From NCBI RefSeq assembly GCF_902459465.1, contig NC_047066.1, forward strand, positions 5,270,001 through 5,334,000: a stretch of DNA of 64,000 nt, written 5' to 3'. The position numbers and the translations under genes were made by a program. The DNA comes from Asterias rubens. Taxonomy: Eukaryota. Numbering within the stretch: position 1 is the first letter of the stretch; every line of letters starts with the position of its first letter. This document shows, one piece after another, positions 35,839 through 45,669 of this stretch. Under the pieces are notes generated by a model. The model was not told where the DNA came from. It ran no database searches and saw nothing but the letters and a program-made list of their open reading frames with translations.

Positions 35839-35925
35839 CTGGAATGAAACAAATTAGAACAGGATTTGTGAAGGAACCAATAGGGACAATTTCTGAAAGA
35901 AAGTACCAATATTGGGCTCATCCAA

Positions 35926-36180
35926 GGCTAAGCGGTTAAGAGCACTGGACTCAGGCTCTGGTGTTGCTAATCAGCAGAGTGTTTATCAGCAGAGTTCGAG
36001 TCCCGGTCATGGCACTTGGATGTCAAAAATGCGGGATATAATACTTTAATAGCTTTGTCTTTTGGATGGGACATAAAGACATAATATGTCCTGTGTACAT
36101 AAAAATCCCCCCACCCCATCATGAGTAGTGGCTATCCTCCAGTGTGTCTGGTTCATTGCAAGTACCCTTGTTTCTGCCAC
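35926..36180 (+). mobile_element. Decayed tRNA-SINE (NIF3L1 intron 3)
   Basis: ggctaagcggttaagagcactggactcaggctctggtg head, then ttggatgggacataaag matching the 11330 SINE body. Confidence 0.65.
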
Positions 36181-36302
36181 TATTGATAAGCAGGGATTTT
36201 TAAAGCATTTTTTTCTGCATTAGCAGCTCTATGAAATTTGGCCCAGGTCATAAGTCAGTTGAAAGTGATCACATCGTTATGTCATACAGACTAAATACAA
36301 AC

Positions 36303-36423
36303 CTTTTCAAATTTTGTAATCGTAATAGATTTCTTTATCACTGGGTAATCCTCCACAGCTTCCATGAATGAAGCCAAACCTTTCTCGCTGCAGTTTACTG
36401 TGCAGTGAAACATCAACATAGTT
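36303..36423 (-). CDS. NIF3L1: NIF3L1 exon 3
   Basis: Polypyrimidine tract and ttctag|A ACT ATG..., encoding TMLMFHCTVNCSEKGL...KFEK. Donor AAG|GTTTGT. Phase 2 to phase 0. Confidence 0.8.
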
Positions 36424-36551
36424 CTAGAAAAATAATGGGAAAAAAGACAGTATTTGAATGCTGGTAGAACACTTGTATTGTATTTCAAATTTATTTATCA
36501 AGTAATAAACCACAACCTTGGGAATCTGACGGGTAGATTTTTACAAAAATT

Positions 36552-36660
36552 GGGGTTGAATGAAGACAAATTTATTAGAGTGGGACATGAACCTTGAGCC
36601 TCCAGATTAATACGTACACCTGTGCTCTACCAACTGAGCTATCTAGCCCCAATGTTGGCA
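36552..36660 (-). mobile_element. Degenerate single arm of the tRNA-armed fold-back family (NIF3L1 intron 2)
   Basis: ggggttgaa...agagtggga...gctctaccaactgagctatctagcc aligns to the 17939 arm. Confidence 0.7.
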
Positions 36661-36769
36661 TTTTCCCCGGAAATCATGTCAATTTATCTTTTTTTTACCC
36701 GAAAATGACATCAATGCATTATAAGTTCCATTCCAAACTCTATTTATTTGTTTCAATCATTGCCTTTAC

Positions 36770-36917
36770 CCTATCTCAATTTTGTCTTTCTTCACTCCGG
36801 ATGCAATGAGATCTGGTGGAAGGTAAAATGGAGCCGATCTTTTCTCTTGATATTCAAGCTTGTGGGTTGATCCACCAGAAGAGGTTGAATGCTTTAGAGG
36901 GTCAACTTTGCCAGGAC
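36770..36917 (-). CDS. NIF3L1: NIF3L1 exon 2
   Basis: gaatag|GT CCT GGC AAA... is open for 148 nt (GPGKVDPLKHS...KIEIG). Donor GG|GTAAAG. Phase 1 to phase 2 fits both neighbours. Confidence 0.8.
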
Positions 36918-37522
36918 CTATTCACAAATGGTATAAAAGGTGCATTTATAAAAAATAAAAAAAAATAAAAAATTGAATACGTAACAAATACTCAAAGTTT
37001 TACAGTATTTTGTTTGTTTTACTTTTACTGAGGTGTTTAAATCTATTTGACTGTTTTCAATAGTTTATTAAACAATGCACACAGTTGGAGCATGGACTTG
37101 AAGAAATGCAGACTGCCACAAAGCATCATGCTCTAGTAGTTTTGGGTGCAACTTTTTAACTGATACAAGTCGTAGTTGCGATAATCATAAACCTCGCAAC
37201 TAGTTTAACTTGAGCCAGTTTGAAACTTTTGTGAGTCTCTACTCTGCGCTTCACATACATAGATATTCGATAAAGATACCAAATCCGACCGCCAAAGTTT
37301 TAACTTTATAAACTTTGTCATGAACAAAAGCGTAATCATACCTGCTAGCTATAGTTGTGATAATTGCAACCCTCAATACTGTCGAGAGGATGGAGATTTA
37401 CGATTACCAAAACTAAATCATCTGTGTTAATAAATTAAATACTATTTTCAGATTACATTTCATTGAAACTCGTATTTATTACACATTTCTTGTGCACCAC
37501 CACAATGTGATTACATTTTACC

Positions 37523-37584
37523 TAGTTGCGATAACGTAACCCTCCTGCCGGCGGCGAAGCAGGAGGGTTACGTTATCGCAACTA
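37523..37584. repeat. Perfect 26-bp hairpin just inside NIF3L1 intron 1
   Basis: tagttgcgataacgtaaccctcctgc - 10-nt loop - gcaggagggttacgttatcgcaacta. Confidence 0.92.
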
Positions 37585-37592
37585 TATTTTAC

Positions 37593-38274
37593 CCAGACCC
37601 TCAGCTAGCCAATCATTTACACCCCCACGAACAGCATCATAACTTGTGTGTGGTGAAAAGATGGCGATTCTCTTCTCAATTGCCTTGACGATTATTCTTT
37701 CCTTTGTGCTGGCCATCGTTAATCTTTTCAAGCCGCTGAATATTGGAGGATGATACGACAAGATGAAATCAGCTCTCGCCTGGATTGCCTCAGATAACAC
37801 TTCTTCGGTCAGATCGTTGGTCAGGAACACAGTTTGGACTTGATGGGGTGGTGTGGGCTCGACAAGCAGCCCAACATTGTCCCAGCCTTCGGCAAGTGAA
37901 GTCGGTGCAAACTTCTCAAGCCCTCCGAGCACGTCTGACAAATTCATTGTTTTCGATAAAACACAACAAGTCCTGAGATATTGTGCGCTTGTCCTGTTCC
38001 AAAATGGGTTCTTGGGTTTAAGTACGTTTGAAGATGTAGCTGACCAATGTGTTGATAATCCGAAATTACCAACCAAACCTCTTTGAACTGTAGCACTTGC
38101 ACACTGACTTGCACAAGAAGAATTTGAAGACACAGCACTACGACGCGTAGCAGACGACAAGAGTTGAGAAGCACAACTGTAAAAACGAACGTCTTTGTTA
38201 TTGTTGCAACACGTATGAAATAGGGTTCGGAAAATCGATGGAAAAGCTGAAGTTGCTCGCGTATAGCTATACAT
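37593..38274 (-). CDS. NIF3L1: NIF3-like protein 1 exon 1
   Basis: ORF contains LAEGWDNVGLLVEP, LTNDLTEEV, SYHPPIF, IFSPHTSYDAVRGGVNDWLAEGLG (NIF3/YbgI family motifs). Donor CTG G|GTAAAA, phase 1. A second in-frame ATG (M110) is at 37947. Confidence 0.93.
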
Positions 38275-38772
38275 GAGGAAGGCCTTAGAAAGTTGTGGAA
38301 TAACTGGAATCTAGTCACACAAAAAGATAAAAAACACTGAACACAGTACAACTTCCAACTATTTCTCCATGCTTGGTGGTACAGAGGCTATACAGATTTG
38401 GCTGATTATAATAATGTATGAGCAGTTCGTTGATTGGTCAATCGTAGACTGATAAGTAATTTACAGCCAACCAAATTGATTGTTACAAATAACACAAGCT
38501 CTTTCTGTAACTATATTTTGTAGGCAATATTTATTAAATATTTTTAAATATATTCTTTTAATAAGTGACAAAACCATTTTATTTTGGTCTTTACATCTGT
38601 TTTTTAATATTTATTATGAGCTAATATTAGTAACAAATAATTATATTATTGACATTGTAATTTGTAGACTTATAAAAGCCTATTTAAATACCCTCGTTAT
38701 GTAAGACGTAAACATTGCAGACGAATGTGAAAATAATTATTGTGCAATTAAATATGCACTTCAAAACCCAAA
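38275..38772. promoter_or_regulatory. Putative bidirectional promoter between NIF3L1 and SIRT4
   Basis: The two ATGs diverge 498 bp apart. A CCAAT box on the minus strand (gattggtcaat, about 38431-38441) and CCAA-rich sequence near 38467 are present. No repeat is recognised inside. Confidence 0.65.
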
Positions 38773-39471
38773 ATGGCTCTTTCACACTCACTTTTCTACA
38801 AATTGAGATTTTTAGTTTCATCAAAGTGTTCATATATAGGACAAATAACAGTTCATATTGAGCCTAAACGATTTGCTAGCAACAAATTCACAACCAAAAC
38901 TGCTGAACACTTTTCAACTCAGTTGAAAACTGCCGAAAACACTGATGTCAGTGTCAGAGATAGAGCAATTATGTTTGTCCCAGAGAGTCAACCAGTGGAT
39001 CAAAATGTGGTTGAAAAACTCCAGGATTTTGTTTCCGCCTCTAAGAAATTATTTGTGCTGACAGGAGCGGGTTTATCCACAGAATCTGGTATTCCTGATT
39101 ATCGTTCGGAGGGCGTAGGAATGTATGCAAGGAGTAAATCTAGGCCCATTCAGTATTCCGACTTCATAAATTTTGCAGACAGAAGAAAGCGGTACTGGGC
39201 AAGGAACTTTGTGGGCTGGCCGAAGTTTCGCTCGACTCGCCCGAACGCTTCTCACAGAACTCTTGCAGAATGGGAGAAGGCCGGTAAAGTCCATTGGCTT
39301 GTGACGCAGAATGTCGACGCCCTTCACAGCAAAGCATACAGCGAGAGAGTTACCGAATTACACGGTCTCTCAGCGCACATCGTATGCTTATCTTGTGGTG
39401 GACAAACTACAAGGGATGAGTTGCAAGAACGCATGATAGAAATGAACCCTGGTTTTTCAATAGAATCAGAG
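38773..39471 (+). CDS. SIRT4: NAD-dependent sirtuin 4 exon 1
   Basis: [47 protein letters not shown] and CLSC motifs are typical of class II sirtuins (SIRT4). Basic N-terminal leader. Donor GAG|GTAAAA. Confidence 0.93.
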
Positions 39472-40207
39472 GTAAAAACAATGCAGCAATCATAGTTGCG
39501 ATAATCTATACACTCCTCCCGATTATCACGACTATAGTAATTATTACCCTCCTGCCAGGCAGTCCCTGAACTCTCGTCAGGGTTGTTGGGGAGGGGCTTT
39601 TATTGGATAACTTTCCGTATGGCGCCACCACCTTTTCACTCATTTTTACGAAAAGGGATATCTCATTGAGGTAAATTAGATACTATATTATTTCATATCG
39701 AATGAAAAAGTGGTGGCGCCATACGGAAACTTTTCCCTTTTATTCAATTAGTGCTAGTTTAGAATTAGTTACAATACAATACAACCCTCGCTGGAGCAGT
39801 ACAATTAGTGTAACAAATATAGAATCTGATAATTGATTAATTGATCTTAGTTGCAAGTATAAAGAAAAAAAAACATTTTTCTGTGCCCAAGTGGGTTGAA
39901 AAATGTTGCCCTTGCTTGGACGCCCAGGTTGGACTCCTCCGTTGCAGTGCAACAGGAACACTGATGTCCTACCAGGGCTAGGTTATCATTACTCCTAGAA
40001 CTAAGAGGTTTGTTCCGCTATCTTATCCCGTACGGGGGACGATAGCGGAACGAACCTCGTAGTTCTAGTGAGTAGGTTATTATTGGCATTAGACCATATT
40101 AGCATTCTCTGTAAGCTAAAGGGTAAGGGTAATGATTGTCTGATTAATAATCCTGTTCCCTTTCTAGTGATCTAAATACAGCACGTTCCTTTTTTCCGAT
40201 TTCTAAG

Positions 40208-40408
40208 GCTATAGCACCGGACGGAGATGTCATCCTATCAGATGAAGTCGTGAAAGGATTCAACGTCCCATCCTGCAAAGACTGTCGAGGAGTCCTAAAA
40301 CCAAAACTAGTCTTCTTTGGTGACAATGTGCCCAGAGTTACCGTTGAGTTTGTCCATAGCCGGCTGAGAGAAGCTGACGCTTTCCTGGTTGCTGGCTCAT
40401 CTCTTGAG
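40208..40408 (+). CDS. SIRT4: SIRT4 exon 2
   Basis: ttctaag|GCT ATA GCA CCG GAC GGA GAT gives AIAPDGDV...CKDCRGVLKPKLVFFGDNVP...GSSLE. Donor |GTCAGT. 201 nt. Confidence 0.92.
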
Positions 40409-40494
40409 GTCAGTATTAAATGGAAATCTAACCTTTTCTTTTCCTTTCTTTCTTTCTACATAGAGCAGCCTTCATGATTGAAGATAGTCGCACT

Positions 40495-40623
40495 TCCAGC
40501 CAGACACACCAGGGGGAACCCCTTCTCTTTCTGATAAGTGTGTTCTGGGGTCTTAACACGCGTTGATAGTTTTTATAACAATGCATGGTACCTACAGCTT
40601 TATGTTCCATCTGAAGGACGAAG
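40495..40623 (-). mobile_element. SINE body fragment (SIRT4 intron 2)
   Basis: cccttctctttctgataagtg...cagctttatgttccatctgaaggac matches 11518-11605. Confidence 0.65.
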
Positions 40624-40678
40624 AGGCTAGGACATTGAGTTCAGACTTTTAGGCCTATTTGTCAACAGCAGTTATTAA

Positions 40679-41041
40679 AGGCACATAACAGGACACCTTT
40701 GGTAATGTCAAAGACAAGTATTCTCACTTGGTGTATCCCAACATGTGCATAAAACAACAAATCTGTGAAAAGGTGGGCTCAATTGGTCATCGAAGTTGTG
40801 AGAAAATAATGAAAGAAAAAAATGTCCTTGTTGCACAAGTTTGAAAGGCTTCAGGTCAGAAGTCTTTTTCAGCTTCCAAATCTTTTTAGTGAAAAATAAC
40901 CTCTTTCTCAAAAACTAAGTTACTTCAGCGGGAGTCAATTCACAATGTTTTATCACTATAATACATGTTGCTCTCCATTGCTCGTGACCCAGTTTTTCTG
41001 CTAATACTATTTTGAGTATTTACCAAATGTGTCCAGTGCTT
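40679..41041 (+). mobile_element. MITE family A (SIRT4 intron 2)
   Basis: ttaa aggcac...ggtaatgtcaaagac left end; right end taccaaatgtgtccagtgct. Confidence 0.8.
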
Positions 41042-41250
41042 TTAGGTTTAATGTGTGTTAACATTCAAAAACATTTAGACTTAATACTTTCTTTTTGTGA
41101 AGGTATTGAAACAAAATGGATGTCCCCCCAAAAACATATTTAAAAGAAACAATTGCCAATGGGCATAATGTTTCAGTACCTACACTTTCGCAATGAGCGT
41201 TTGGGAGTAAGGGATTTTATCTGAGCCTGTTTTCTTCTTTATTTTTTCAG

Positions 41251-41403
41251 GTGTACTCTGGTTATCGCTTTGCATTGGCAGCCAAGGAGCAGAAGAAACC
41301 TATTGCAATAGTAAACATCGGACCCACCAGAGCTGATAAACTAGCTACATTGAAGATCAATGCAAGACTAGGTAGCATCCTGCCATACATCCAGATTACT
41401 TGA
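41251..41403 (+). CDS. SIRT4: SIRT4 exon 3 (terminal)
   Basis: Long pyrimidine tract, ttcag|GTG TAC TCT GGT TAT CGC gives VYSGYRF...[10 protein letters not shown]...LPYIQIT-TGA. The joined protein is 350 aa. Confidence 0.93.
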   Translation: MYSGYRFALAAKEQKKPIAIVNIGPTRADKLATLKINARLGSILPYIQIT

Positions 41404-41645
41404 GACACTCAAGCACCGCAAAACATCACAAGCATACTACAATGTAACGCCAGTCCAGTTATACACTGTACAGTCGACTCTCATTATAACAAGATCGCTG
41501 GGACTGACCAAATTACCTCTTTATAACATTGACTTTGTTAGTAAGAGGACAGCAAAATAAAGAAACTTTATTTATAACAAAATCGCTGGGACTGACCAAA
41601 TTACCTCTTTATATTACAGTGACTTTGTTGTAAGAGGACAGCAAA

Positions 41646-41921
41646 NNNNNNNNNNNNNNNNNNNNNNNNNNNNNNNNNNNNNNNNNNNNNNNNNNNNNNN
41701 NNNNNNNNNNNNNNNNNNNNNNNNNNNNNNNNNNNNNNNNNNNNNNNNNNNNNNNNNNNNNNNNNNNNNNNNNNNNNNNNNNNNNNNNNNNNNNNNNNNN
41801 NNNNNNNNNNNNNNNNNNNNNNNNNNNNNNNNNNNNNNNNNNNNNNNNNNNNNNNNNNNNNNNNNNNNNNNNNNNNNNNNNNNNNNNNNNNNNNNNNNNN
41901 NNNNNNNNNNNNNNNNNNNNN
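41646..41921. other. Assembly gap (276 N)
   Basis: Run of N, preceded by two copies of a ~86-bp unit (41487-41645). Confidence 1.
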
Positions 41922-41944
41922 TCTCAGGTCAGTCACGCAGTGAC

Positions 41945-42235
41945 GCTCATGGCGCTTCAACATTTATACCCCTGGTCACTGGGCTTTAAATCATTCCTTA
42001 AACCATCTCAGCTCCCTGGGGAGTATACAGCCTGTGCTGCTAAATATGTAGTGCATCAAAGCCAATCCATCACAAGAACCAACTCTGCCCTCTCAGGTAC
42101 CCATTTACCCCTGGGTGGAGAGAAGCTTATAGTTAGGTGTCTTGCTCAGGGACACAAGTGTCACGACCAGGATTCAAACCCACACTCTGCTGAACATAAA
42201 CACCAGAGCTTGAGTTCTGTCCTCTTATCTACTCG
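41945..42235 (-). mobile_element. tRNA-derived SINE, third body type
   Basis: Minus strand has a decayed head, gggtttgaatcc, tgtccctgagcaagacacctaac and gggtaaatgggtacctg. Confidence 0.7.
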
Positions 42236-42744
42236 TCCTGAATGATTCGAAATGAGATTCAGGACTTTAAATGTACTCTTTATAAGCAGCACCTCTTTAC
42301 AAGAGTGCTCTTTGAAACGAGAGTTGACTGTATACTAGACTTTACTTAGATTGACCCTTGTATTGCTTTTGATGAAGTACATGTAGTCATAGTGAAAGCT
42401 CATTATGCAGTTTTTTATATTTTCTTAGTTAAGATTTTAAGTAAGTACGACCACGACTTTTTATTGATCTATACATAAGACTGAGAGATCATAATTTATC
42501 AAACCTGTAAAAGAGATCTACCGAAAAGTGAAAACCATTGTGTGTGTTTTTAAGAGTCGCCACTGTGAGCATTTTATTAACTCCCAAGTTTTCTTCAAGA
42601 AACATCGCTTTTAAAACTAATCTTTGAAAAATGGACAAATGACACCGTTTTTATTTATTCATGTAGCCATTCAATCATCTTGTTGCCTTCTTTTAGTTTT
42701 GACTCTAACGTTGGGCGTCGTACTCCAGTCATGTGAGCACTTAA

Positions 42745-43113
42745 AGCCATTGGACACTTTCGGTAAACAGTATTGTTCAAAGGCCCACACTTCGTGATTC
42801 ACAACTGATACACAAAATAACAAACCTGTGAAAATTTAGGCTCAATCGGTCATCGGAGTCGGGAGAAAATAACGGGGAAAACCCACCTTTGTTTCCGCAC
42901 GTTTCGCCGTGTCACGACATGTGTTTAAAATAAATCCGTAATTCTCGCTATCGAGAATTGATATTGTTTTAATGTTTTCTCAAAAAGTAAAGCATTTCAT
43001 GGATTAATTTTTCAAGATAAGTCTTTCACCATTACCTTCTGTAAACCCTGTGAATTATTTGTAAATCTGTGAACTTTTATTTTTTTTGTCTGTACCGAAA
43101 GTGTATAATGGCT
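42745..43113 (+). mobile_element. MITE family B
   Basis: TTAA|AGCCATTGGACACTTTCGG...CCGAAAGTGTATAATGGCT|TTAA. Confidence 0.9.
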
Positions 43114-43376
43114 TTAAGGTCAATTGCCTTGGAGAGCAAAAAAGATATTTGAAAAAAAACTTTTGTTAATTTTTTATTGCAAAATGCATTTCAGATGGAC
43201 AACTTTCTCAGGCAGGTTTGATACCAGTTTTTAACTTATCAAATCAAGTAAATTTATGAACTCATATTTGTAACCGTCACCTAAACCGTAGCAGGCCTTT
43301 AAGTGAATGTAATTTTTTAAACCAGAAAGCATACACAGTTTGCCAATTTTACTCCTTTTTTAAACCTCTACTTTAA

Positions 43377-43754
43377 AGGCAGTGGACACTATTGGTAATT
43401 GTCAAAGACTAGCCTTTACAGTTGGTGTATCTCAACATATGCATAAAATAACAAACATGTGAAAATTTGAGCTCAATTGGTCATCGAACTTGCGAGATAA
43501 TAATGAAAGAAAAAACACCCTTGTCACACGAAGTTGTGTGCGTTTAGATGGTTGATTTCGAGACCTCAAGTTCTAAATCTGAGGTCTCGAAATCAAATTC
43601 GTGGAAAATTACTTCTTTCTCGAAAACTATGGCACTTCAGAGGGAGCCGTTTCTCACAATGTTTTATACCATCAACCTCTCCCCATTACTCATCACCAAG
43701 AAAGGTTTCATGCTAATAACTATTTTGAGTGATTACCAATAGTGTCCACTGCCT
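43377..43754 (+). mobile_element. MITE family A (young, perfect TIRs)
   Basis: TTAA|AGGCAGTGGACAC...GTGTCCACTGCCT|TTAA. Confidence 0.92.
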
Positions 43755-44930
43755 TTAACCTCGGCGAAGGCGGCCAATACAAGGGGTCCATTATCGACAA
43801 ACAAACAAACAAACAAACAACGTGCCAACCACTTCTGTTTTCAAAGATATTCATTTATTTCACACAATTGTTAAGAGTCCCACAATGACTGGGTCACTTC
43901 TTAGCTAAAAATTAAATTAAAAAAATCCCCCAAAACCTTGTGGTTTGCTCAACACGGATCCAATGGTTCAAAGTTACTTTCCATTGCACTGAAAGCACAA
44001 ACAGAGTAACATCTAGGTATTAAGACAACAATAAGCACATGCAACGGGTGTAACATACATTATTTTTGTTGGGAAGTTGCTTTGGATTTGACCCAATTTC
44101 ATAATGATGTATGATTATGAACAAACGGTTAATTTTGTCCATTATTTATGAAAGTAAAATATTAATGTTACAGAACTTTTAACAAAAACACAATGTTTGT
44201 ATTATTTATTGACAAATTAATTCTGTACAGAGTTTATTTGGAAAAAAATGTGTGTTTATATAAATTTATTTAGCTGTGTTTGGTTTTGATTAAAAATCAT
44301 AAGTTAAATAATTGAACTATGGAATTTACAAAAGGATGAGGGACAAACGTATAAAATCTTTGGAGGTCTCTTAAATTTAATTTCAAATATCAAAATATCC
44401 ATAAAATTTGTGTTTTTTTTCCCCGTCTGTCTTTCTTGCATAGCAATGAATGTCCAGAATATTAACTAGTTGCTGAAACCTTTTCCTACAAAAAAAAACT
44501 GTACAGAAAAAATATATATATTTAGTGAATCAATACTAAAATAAATATATATTTCATGTATAACTGAGTTTGAATTGTAAACCTCAATTTCATCAGTAAT
44601 TGAAATAAGTATCCATTACATATTATCCATATTCCAATTAATATTACATTATTCCTTCAATGATAAAAAATAAGGTTCTAGAATTCATGTTTAAGATGGG
44701 AGGATAAATATTCAAAACGAGGACCTATAACAATATCTAGAGGACAATAGGGTCCCCAGATGGGTAAAGATCCCCAGTTGGGAAATTGTGTACAAAACCA
44801 ATGGGAGCTGTTGCTCAAAACGTAAGTACAGACAAAAGAGGGACAATATGAGACCCTGATTGCAGGTGTTTACGCACTTGTGAGTTGGTGGGAATCCCAA
44901 AGACAATTTGTGATGACAAAGACCACAGAC

Positions 44931-45669
44931 CAGGGCCCAATTTCACAGAGCTGCTTCAAGGCAGTCGACACTATTGGTAATTGTCAAAGACTAGCATTCA
45001 CAGTTGGTGTATCTTAACATAAGCATAAAATAACAAAGCTGTGAAAATCTGAGCTCAATCGGTCATCGAAGTTGCGAGATAATAATGAAAGAAAAATAAC
45101 TATTGTCACACGAAGTTGTGTGCGTTTAGATGGTTGATTTCGAGACCTCAAGTTCTAAACCTGAGGTCTTGAAATTAAATTCGTGGAAAATTACTTCTTT
45201 CTCGAAAACGACGTCACTTCAGAGGGAGCTGTTTCCCACAAAGTTTTATACCATCAACCTCTCCCCATTACTCATCACGAAGAAAGGTTTTATGCCAATA
45301 ATTATTTTGAGTAATTACCAATAGTGTCCACTGCCTTTAAGCACAGAATAATGCTTATACATTTCAGAAATGAGCAGGATACCAGTCATAAATTGTACTT
45401 CCAACATGGTAGTTTGGCTGTTAACCTTATCCAGGCAAGCTTAATTTTGTTGGGCGTAACTACTTTTTGTACTAAAGTAGCTCTGCATAGAGCTGCTCAA
45501 GCAGAAAATATTGCTCAGCAATTTCCTGCCAAGCTAAAACAAGCAGGATACCAGTTACAAATGGTGCATGTGAAATGGTGTTTTGGCTGGTTACCATATT
45601 CTGCTAAGCCTGATTTTGTTGTGCTTAGTTACCTTTTGTGCTTAAGCAGCTCTATGAAATTAGGCCCTG
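44931..45669. mobile_element. MITE family D (CAGGGCCCAATTTCA TIR) hosting a family A insertion
   Basis: CAGGGCCCAATTTCACAGAGCTGCTT ... AAGCAGCTCTATGAAATTAGGCCCTG. Relatives at about 501-690, 21160-21250, 36190-36245, 47204-47325, 47369-47485, 48409-48604 and 53150-53271. Confidence 0.8.
44959..45336 (+). mobile_element. MITE family A nested in a family D element
   Basis: TTCA|AGGCAGTCGACAC...GTGTCCACTGCCT|TTAA, interrupting the family D left end ctgcttaagcac. Confidence 0.9.

Noticed and set aside
37944-38351. 135-aa overlapping ORF/uORF over the NIF3L1 leader
   Set aside because: It starts at TTG in another frame, has no homology that I recognise, and is most simply a shadow of the main ORF.
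41601-41963. 120-aa ORF
   Set aside because: Artefact of the N gap.
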